This document shows, in pieces, positions 53,230 through 64,000 of a stretch of 64,000 nt of DNA. The translations under genes were made by a program, and so were the position numbers. The stretch's first letter is position 1; each line of letters opens with the position of its first letter. Below the pieces are notes generated by a model, which was not told the origin of the DNA, did no database searches, and worked only from the letters and a program-made list of their open reading frames with translations. Source of the DNA: Eledone cirrhosa (taxonomy: Eukaryota); contig OZ024743.1 in the NCBI GenBank assembly GCA_964016885.1, forward strand, positions 29,822,001 through 29,886,000, in the 5' to 3' direction.

Positions 53230-53766
53230 TTATACTTTAGCATGTTGGTAGAGTACAGATGATTCTTTACTATCTTGAAGGTCTCGCCAGTGTTCATTTA
53301 TCCGTTCCCCTACACTACGAGCTGTCTCACCTATGTACACTATATTTTTGTCTCTACATTGTCCTTCAGTACATCTTATGCTATACACTACATTTCTAGT
53401 TTTACAGTTAATATGGGGGCTTATTTTACAGGTTATACATTTCTTATCTATACATGATGGTCTTTGAAAAGGGTATGTCTTGCTAATAAGTGTTTTTACG
53501 GAGGTACCTGGTCTTTCTACTATCTTAATATTGAGTTTATGTTTATCTAGGGCCCTTCTAAATTTGTAAGCTAATTCACCTCTAGGGGTTGTATCGATGA
53601 ACATTACACTCTGGTATTTATTGCTATCATACCATGAGTTTATTCTATTAGCCTTGTTCCTAGTTCTTTCTATTCTATTCCAAAATTTGCTCCTATACAA
53701 GGGGCAGGTCCCATTTATGTCATTATTTACCATTTTTTCCCATTTGGTTCTGGCTCCTCTATACAC
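53230..53766 (-). pseudogene. Inverted duplicate of the PLE linker/GIY-YIG region
   Basis: 178-aa ORF nearly identical to 54233-54769. Confidence 0.9.
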
Positions 53767-53787
53767 TCTGATTTTATCTCTCTGATA

Positions 53788-54930
53788 ATGTACTCCCGCT
53801 ACGTTGATGATATAAACATCGTAGTGAAGACACCCCCACTAGAGAACATTCAGGAACTAGAGAAAAACACAATGGAAAGCATCCAGCAAATAGCTAACTC
53901 CATCCACCAGAGTATTAGAGTTACTGTAGACTACCCAAGTAAACACCCCAACCATCGATTACCTGTACTAGACACAGAGCTCTGGTTAGATACCATTAAT
54001 AACAAAAACAAATCCTCCATTCCCATTATGCCAAACCCAGGACTTCCAAACATCTGATCCACCGAAACTCGGCCGTTTCGGACCATACCAAAATCAAGAT
54101 ACTGATTGCGGATTTGGTACGGGTGATGAGAAACGTGTCCCGCATGTGCAACCCGAAGAACTAGAGAGACACATACAACACTTCATCCACCGTATGCAGT
54201 TCTCTGGCTAGAATCAGAGAGATAAAATCAGAGTGTATAGAGGAGCCAGAACCAAATGTGAAAAAATGGTAAATAATGACATAAATGGGAGCTGCACCTT
54301 GTATAGGAGCAAATTTTGGAATAGAATAGAAAGAACTAGGAACAAGGCTAATAGAATAAACTCATGGTATGATAGTAATGAATACCAGAGTGTAATGTTC
54401 ATCGATACAACCCCTAGAGGTGAATTAGCTTACAAATCTAGAAGGGCCCTAGATAAACATAAACTCAATATTAAGATAGTAGAAATACCAGGTACCTCCG
54501 TAAAAACACTTATTAGCAAGACATACCCTTTTCAAAGACCATCATGTATAGATAAGAAATGTATAACCTGTAAAATAAGCCCCCATATTAACTGTAAAAC
54601 TAGAAATGTAGTGTATAGCATAAGATGTACTGAAGGACAATGTAGAGACAAAAATATAGTGTACATAGGTGAGACAGCTCGTAGTGTAGGGGAACGGATA
54701 AATGAACACTGGCGAGACCTTCAAGATAGTAAAGAATCATCTGTACTCTACCAACATGCTAAAATATAACACAAGGGTAAATTAGAGAACATAGAAATAA
54801 AAATAGAATCTACACACAGAAAAGACGCAATGTTTAGACAAATCACAAAGGCAATAAACATAAAAGAATTACAACCAAAATTAAATAGAGAATATGAGTG
54901 GAACAGCAACATCACAACTTACAATTAAGG
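53788..54930 (+). pseudogene. PLE RT C-terminus + GIY-YIG endonuclease, 5'-truncated and frameshifted
   Basis: YSRYVDD, RLPVLD, C-x4-CITC, VVYSIRC..YIGETARSVGERINEH..LYQH, continuing past a stop to PKLNREYEW. Confidence 0.92.
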
Positions 54931-55130
54931 ACAAAATGAAAACACACACAAACATAGAACAAACAACCAACCAGTAACATGTAAATAAACAAATAAATAA
55001 ATGAACATAAACACACACAGACACCCGGATGTGGCGCATGCGCAGACTGAGCACACAACACACACACGGAAACAAAATGGCGTAGGACAGAACAAAGGAG
55101 AGGCACAAAAAACAAAGAAAAGAATCCCCA

Positions 55131-55173
55131 GTCACTGAAGAGGTCACAAAGTGTGTGACAAAAGAACTATGAC
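55131..55173 (+). ncRNA. Degenerate hammerhead in PLE 3' region (mirror at ~52827-52869)
   Basis: GTCA CTGAAGA GGTCACA-AAGTG-TGTGAC AAAA GAAC TA TGAC; G12 missing in both arms. Confidence 0.55.
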
Positions 55174-55381
55174 AATATATAAACAACTATCTGGTTGTGG
55201 AACCAACCAACCAACCAGAAATTTATAAATTTATAAATTTATAAATTTATTCCAATAAATTGAAGTGAGAGCAACTGGTGCGTGTGTTTCTTATTGGCAA
55301 CATGACCCTCCCAAAGTATAACAATATCGGTTTCAACACACGATTTCAGTTAAAGAATCTAGCTAAACAAATTCAAAAACG

Positions 55382-55440
<59 letters not shown>

Positions 55441-55461
55441 TATATATATATATATATATAA

Positions 55462-57427
<1,966 letters not shown>

Positions 57428-57431
<4 letters not shown>

Positions 57432-57626
57432 TAAACGGAATAGAAAATGCTGACAAATTGTTCACAGTTGAAAAATGGTTTAATTAGGAATAAAAGAGTA
57501 TTAGTGATTGTATGGGTTAGTATTCAGTTGTGGTTTTAAGTTTATAAGTTTTTACCGGTTGCGCATTTCTAAATGCTTTTCAAAAACAATTTTGAGATAG
57601 AGTGTCCGTGCTGTTTGCTCTGATCT
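57428..57626 (-). mobile_element. F8 terminal fragment with variant hammerhead at 57548-57587
   Basis: GTTT TTGAAAA GCATTT-AG-AAATGC GCAA CCGG TA AAAAC. Confidence 0.65.
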
Positions 57627-57640
57627 GATATATATATATA

Positions 57641-57756
57641 TCACCTTGATCACCTTGACCGACCAGGCTGTCGGGCGCGATCCGGCAACGCAGGTCACAG
57701 CACGTGCTATTTTAGCCATACGATGACGCCATCCCACTGGCTGGGCGGGCAGGCCG
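57641..57756. repeat. Short GC-rich interspersed repeat fragment in (TA)n
   Basis: GC island with TCACCTTGA duplication; resembles an abundant octopus repeat from memory only. Confidence 0.4.
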
Positions 57757-57765
57757 ATATATATA

Positions 57766-57803
<38 letters not shown>

Positions 57804-58032
57804 TGTGATTTTATGCTTGTCTGTAATTTAATACAGCCAAAGTGGCGCATAATGGGACAGCCCTTTGAGAGGAAGTTTACCCTTAATTGGGAACACAAAT
57901 GGAATAAAACAAGTGTCAGGCAAATCAAAGCACGGTTACCCGAGGGAAAGATAGAGAAAGAGATAATGGTTGCGAGAGAGTAGATTGAAACAAGGACATA
58001 GAGAGATAGAGAAAGAGACAAAGAAAGAAAAT

Positions 58033-58128
<96 letters not shown>

Positions 58129-58375
58129 CCTGGTGGTGTTGTTGAATTAAATTATAACAGGTGACTTCAAAGAATCGAATACAGCATTAGAGTATCAAGC
58201 TCAAATTTGGTGACTGAATATTAATTCATATGTATCATATAAATTGTGTTAGGACAGGATGTGTGTAGCGAATATTTTTCTTGCAAAATAGGTAATGCTT
58301 CTAAGTGAGTGTATATATGTGTGTGTTTCCATATATATATACATGTGTGTGTCTGCGTGTGTGAGTAAATCTATA

Positions 58376-58480
<105 letters not shown>

Positions 58481-59061
58481 ATACAGACATATAATTGCGC
58501 TCGTAATCTGAGAAACAAGATTATAAACACACGCACGGATGTTCGTACAGGTAGATAAATATACCTAAAAATAATTATAACATTTAGTGTGTGTAAGAAT
58601 GAAGTGCAAGTGAAGTTGACAATGAATTAAGATTAAAAATACATCTACGATCACCTTTCTAGACTGTGTATTTATCCAAGTAAACATGCAATACGAGACG
58701 CATCATCTGTAGTCGTAAACAAATACAGATAACTCCAAGGTTAGTTAAGTAGTAATATAAGAAATAAAATACTCCAAACATGAAAATTATTTAAAGAAAC
58801 AGGGTAAAAAAACTGTCATGATTTTAGTAATACATAATAATAGCAGTGATCAGAAATGTACAGCGGATAAAAAGTTCCAGAAAAACTGCAACTTATTAAT
58901 TCTATGAATTAGTATAAATCACGTAGCGTAACAAATATAATTTCCCGTCTCAACAGATAATGACTTATCACAACAAACAAGCTCCCAATGCTACCACTAT
59001 TAGAACATAAGTTGTTAAAAGATTACCCATCTCTCCGAAAAACAACAACGTGGAAAATAAT

Positions 59062-59165
59062 ATAGTCTTACGTTAGATATTATTATCAATTCATAGATAA
59101 ATGCAAGGGTTTAAATACTATAGTCTAACGTTAGATATTATTATCAATTCATAGATACATACAAG
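59062..59165. repeat. Tandem duplication, ~57-bp period
   Basis: TATAGTCT.ACGTTAGATATTATTATCAATTCATAGATA x2. Confidence 0.85.
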
Positions 59166-60347
59166 CCTGAAAATTGAACATTAATTCTGCATGGATACCT
59201 AACCGCAAGCCCCCATGACTAAACTAATTCTATAAAACACTCTAAAAGAAAGAGTAAATGATTTACATTTCAGTGTAATCCGTAACATAATGTTTGTTAT
59301 ATCAAATTTCAAATGTTTTATTCAGTATAGAAACTATAAAATGTTCAACAGAAATTCTGTCCATATTTCATATTCTACTCAGAACAACTCGCACAAGAAA
59401 ATGTGTAAAAATAAAACACTTCTATAAAATTTAACAACATACATTTATTATATATTTGTTTTGCTGGAAACTTCTTTATTTAGCCAACATTCTCAATTTT
59501 TTCTTAATCTAAAGAGAAACAGCAGCACGGCATTTTCAAACGTCGATGAGCTTCTGTAGTTATTCCAGATGAGTAACTACAAGTTCGATCAACATTTACT
59601 ACTTTGGCAACCTCCTTATGGTTCCTATCGAAATTTGGTGTGCAGAACACAAACTCTTTTGCCTGTGTAGTATACCAGACGGATTTTTTAAGGCACTTAT
59701 TCGAATTATTTTATATACAGTCTTGTTGAATTGGAGCTATTCTATAATAACTTGTCTCCATACTTGCAATAATATGGTCTCTCCTAAAGCCACACATAGG
59801 GTTCCTACATACATATGATATTGTTGGTTCAAACTGTTGGTTCACATAATCCTGAAAACCATTTAAAACACACATATGGCTTTATCTCATTCGTGTACAT
59901 ATACACTTTTATATATTATGAAACAGCGATGGATAGGTAGAAATATTAGAGCCTCATACAAATAAACTAAATCGATTTATGTCGGCTATTTACGTTATGA
60001 CTTCCAGATAACACTGAAGTCCATCTTGCTCTCATTAATCCGATTTCACTGAAAAATAGCATAAAGAAAGAGATAAGCACCGAGGCCGATTTAATATATT
60101 AATGCCTCACCATTTCCTCAAATGTTCGCTTCACACTTATATTAGAAACATTAATACAATTTTTGAATGGTTCTCTTACTAGAAATGTTTCATTCTTCAA
60201 ATGAAGGCTCAGGAAATATAATTTAATTGTTCCTAATTATTCTTGTATTCGAAAAACATGCACGTACACAAACATATATTAGACATACACAAATATGTTT
60301 CTGCCTGTGAATGTATGAGCATGTCCTTCTATGTGTGAATAGGTACG

Positions 60348-60600
60348 ATCTGAGTTCAAATCCCGCCGAGGTTGACTTTGCCTTTCATCCTTACGGGGTT
60401 GATAAAATAAAGTACCAGTAATGCACTGGTTAATTGCTGGCCTTGTGCCTAAAATTATCTCCGTTTAAGTAAAGGGGGTGGATTGGCAGTATATGTAGAG
60501 CGTCGGACAAAATGCTTTGCGTCATTTAGGTATGATTTTCAATATTCTGAGTCCAAATCAATTTAGTCTTCGATAAAGTAAAGTACCAGTTAAATACTGG
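60348..60600 (+). mobile_element. Two adjacent S1-type SINE fragments (60348-60453 and 60478-60600)
   Basis: TCTGAGTTCAAATCCCGCCGAGGTTGACTTTGCCTTTCATCC; second copy starts GTGGATTGGCAGTA. Confidence 0.8.
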
Positions 60601-61614
60601 CTTCTATATAATCAACGTTCTCTTTCTCCCAAATTGCTGGCATATTTTAGAAACTATTATAGTCAGCTGAGCATGACAACAAAATTTGGTGTTTGCCTCA
60701 ACACTGTCGGTGCGAGAGGAGTCGTGTACACTTCTTCTTCTTCTTCTTCTTCTTCTTCTCCTCCTCCTCCTCCTCCCCTTCCTCCCCCTCCTCCTTATCA
60801 TCATCATCTTCCTCCCGTCCTCCTCATTCTTCTTCTTCTTCTTCTTCTTGTACATAACATAGAACCCAATATTACGCCCAATGGAGACAGTATAGACATT
60901 TTCAGAGTCTATTATATAGCTTCGAATTTAAGTTTTGTTGTATAATTTAGCATGTATAATGCGTCACTTTCTAACTTTGTTTTATCAATAGGACTTCCTT
61001 TTGACAGTTATTTCTAATATTGTGAATTCCACTATTATTGATTTTGTATGTAATATATAAAATATGTATTTGTTTCTGTTTCTGCATATGAATCTATATA
61101 GTTTTAAGTCAACAAACTGAATAAGCATCTCAACATATATATTTATAACTCCTATATTTGAAAATTTCAAAATCAAAATGTTAAATATAATAACTTCAAA
61201 TAACAAAAGTCAACGTTGCTATTACTTTATTGAAGAAGTGAACATGGTTATGTTTATAATACAAATAAAAATTGTGTATTTTAAAATCTATTATTTTGAA
61301 AATATTCTGTGCTGGTATTCTTGTCAATGAGAGTTCAGTGCTTTCAGAAAATAAATTACCACTTTTGCCTTTCGAGATAATACATTGTGATTACATGATT
61401 TTTTTGAATTTTTGAATAACATATTTCTTAACATTCTGCGTTATTTATTAAGCGTTAAATAAAAGTTATTTTAACATGTTTATTTTTTGAATTACACATT
61501 TAGAAATGTTGAAACCAACGTTTCCTATATCCTATTAAGACAAACAAAATATTTATATTAATATGTAAAATTTGCAATTAAGATATAGTATGTATAACAT
61601 TATTATGGTAGAAT

Positions 61615-61705
<91 letters not shown>

Positions 61706-61707
<2 letters not shown>

Positions 61708-61795
61708 TTACATGAATCAAAGTTCTGTTCAAACCATTTATTAGCTTACAATTGTTTCGTCCAAACCGAGGTTTGGTTTCTTCGGAGTAATTTTT
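61706..61795 (-). ncRNA. Hammerhead-like motif with CCGAAGA core (F7) at 61741-61790
   Basis: TTACT CCGAAGA AACCAAACC-TC-GGTTTGGAC GAAA CAATTG TA AGCTAA. Confidence 0.6.
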
Positions 61796-61881
61796 CAATG
61801 ATTGTTTACATACATGACCTCCTTTCCAACACAAGAGACATAAAGTTTTAGTATATACATAACCATAAATAGTATCCTTAA

Positions 61882-61948
<67 letters not shown>

Positions 61949-62004
61949 CGTGCGTGTGTGTGCAGCTGCGTATACAGTAATATATATATATATATATATA
62001 TATA

Positions 62005-62400
62005 TAAGGAAAAGAATCGAAAATGCAGCTGGAATCTTTTTAAGAATATTCATTTATTTCCTTTACCGGTTTCACAGTTTTTTTCAAAAGTTAAATTGAG
62101 ATGGCGGAGATCACTCCTCTCTTGATTCTTCGGTATATAGGTGTGCTGTAAAATAAAGTGGTGTTCCTCCAACCCTTTACCGGTCAATTTCTTGATGTTA
62201 TCCCTACATACGTTTTCTTTTCTTATCTTTTCGTTTCCTCAGTTATTTTCACGTGGATTGTAAAATCTCAAGTTTTCATTTCTATGCAGTGGTAGCCCAA
62301 CTTGGATGTTGCCGAATAATTGTGCGAATATTTTCGATACATTTGTATATACTAAGGCTTTCTTTCAGCCTACACGTGCCAATTCACTGACTTGTTCGAC
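62005..62400 (-). mobile_element. Decayed F2 terminus (62005-62105) directly downstream of a GIY-YIG remnant (~62150-62270)
   Basis: F2 motif GAAACCGGTAAAGG; minus strand reads KTYVGITSRN then LEEH after a frameshift. Confidence 0.6.
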
Positions 62401-62435
62401 AATTTCAATGCTGTGAGAGCATTTAATAATAAAAG

Positions 62436-62471
<36 letters not shown>

Positions 62472-62495
62472 TATTAAATATAATTATATATATAT

Positions 62496-62915
62496 AAAAT
62501 AAATGGAAACTATATTTATAAAACCATATTTATTTTATTATATATATTTCAAGGGTACCAAGACATTGGTACGCTTTCATCAGATAAAATAAAAAGTTTG
62601 TTTTATAAATAGAGACATACCCATGAAAATCATACCTTATCTGTTGGAAATTCACTGGAAATTCAACCGATACAGTATGATTTTCATGTGTATGTCTCTA
62701 TTTATAAAACACACTTTGTATTTCATATGATGAAAGCGTACCAATGTGTCTTGGTACCCTTGAAATATATATAATAAAATAAATATGGTTTTATAAATAT
62801 AGTTTCCATTTATTTAATATCATTGAATATTTACTCCAGTAACTTGTTGAGTGCTCTAAATCAGTTATAAACATTTATATTTGTCGGACTTCCAACAAAT
62901 TAAATACTCCGTCTA

Positions 62916-62918
<3 letters not shown>
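62496..62918 (+). mobile_element. H1 hairpin insertion (arms ~62496-62650 / 62663-62816) plus ~100-nt tail, in (TA)n
   Basis: Inverted repeat; hammerheads at 62531-62591 (-) and 62719-62781 (+, C3 mutated). Confidence 0.85.
62531..62591 (-). ncRNA. Minimal type I hammerhead (H1), best-preserved copy
   Basis: TATTTTAT CTGATGA AAGCGTACCAA-TGTC-TTGGTACCCTT GAAA TATATA TA ATAAAATA. Confidence 0.85.
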
Positions 62919-63004
<86 letters not shown>

Positions 63005-63842
63005 ATATATGTATATATGTATGTATGTATGTGTGTATGTATGTATATAACCTCATACACACAGACAAACACACACACATATATCTATACATATAATTAT
63101 TTATAGAGAGCAACATCAATAATGAAGTTACAATGTTTTTGGTCACTACTTACACGTGTTTACAAAGGGTAACTATTAGATAGTGTATTTTCCTTCTGAA
63201 AATGTAAATACCTTAATCTACATGTGTCATTGCTTGCAAACATTAAACATGTATAGATCAAGCATATCAGCAATATGTGTAACGCAGATTTATGTAGGAG
63301 TACAGTACTTCTTTAATTTTGAAAAAGCTTAGGAGAAATTATCTAAAATGCATTAGTTTGAAATACAAGTACAACTTTACTGTCTGAATTTACATTTATT
63401 AGTGTAAAACCGCTCACTTCCTGAAGCTATACTAATGTCATTTTTAGACAATGGATAATACCACATACTCCAAGGGTTGAGTGCATAATCTCTTCCCAAC
63501 TTATGTTCCCACAAAGTTGAATAAAATCATTTTTTATAATGGTTACCCGTTTTAAATAAAGATTTATTATGAGGATATTGTTAAATAATGCGTATCCATA
63601 GAACGTACTTATCACAGTAAGTATTTGAATTATTTCAGAAAATACATTACCTAGGTTAACTTACCTGGGAGAATACAATTCGGAAGATATATTGACAGAA
63701 TCAGCGTGATGTACACATTTAATCAAATGAAGTCTCTCAGACCACCAGAACAAAATACCAAATTTGAAGAAAACTTAGTGTAAAGGATATTGTCATACTA
63801 GATCTTAACTACATATATACATGTACACACACGCATATACAT

Positions 63843-64000
<158 letters not shown>

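Larger units (their letters stand above)
52681..55383 (+). mobile_element. Penelope-like element (probably Neptune-type) with inverted pseudo-LTR: arms 52681-53785 / 54214-55326, 57-nt tail, in (TA)n
   Basis: 1.1-kb near-identical inverted repeat; RT YVDD and GIY-YIG ORFs. Confidence 0.93.

Noticed and set aside
63655-63680. U1 snRNA 5' end (ACTTACCTGG)
   Set aside because: Match stops after about 10 nt; no U1 stem-loops or Sm site

Overview
AT-rich, microsatellite-saturated animal genomic DNA with no supportable host gene. The SINE sequences resemble octopus SINEs as I recall them, so an octopod/cephalopod origin is inferred, not shown. Nearly all short ORFs in the track are (TA)n/(CA)n/(GA)n artefacts. 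Recognisable coding remnants are an R4/Dong-type LINE sitting in a (TAA)n tract (2209-4901), a Tx1/L1 LINE (24930-27865, plus a second 3' end at 1-105), two decayed RTE LINEs, and three Penelope-like (PLE) RT/GIY-YIG remnants (about 23.6 kb, 52.7-55.4 kb and 62.2 kb). The main signal is a dense set of more than 20 minimal type I hammerhead ribozyme motifs from about 8-9 families. These include core variants: compensatory U3:A8, U4C and A13C. Most lie in insertions with one stereotyped layout: an inverted 3' arm joined head-to-head to a direct copy that carries an extra 40-100 nt tail, usually placed in (TA)n. One non-coding family forms tandem hammerhead-bearing units of about 407, 467 and 544 bp with covarying hairpins, consistent with a retrozyme/circular-RNA retroelement. 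A tRNA-headed SINE-like element (741-1056) has the same layout, suggesting Penelope-dependent mobilisation. All alignments and folds were done by eye, so boundaries are approximate.
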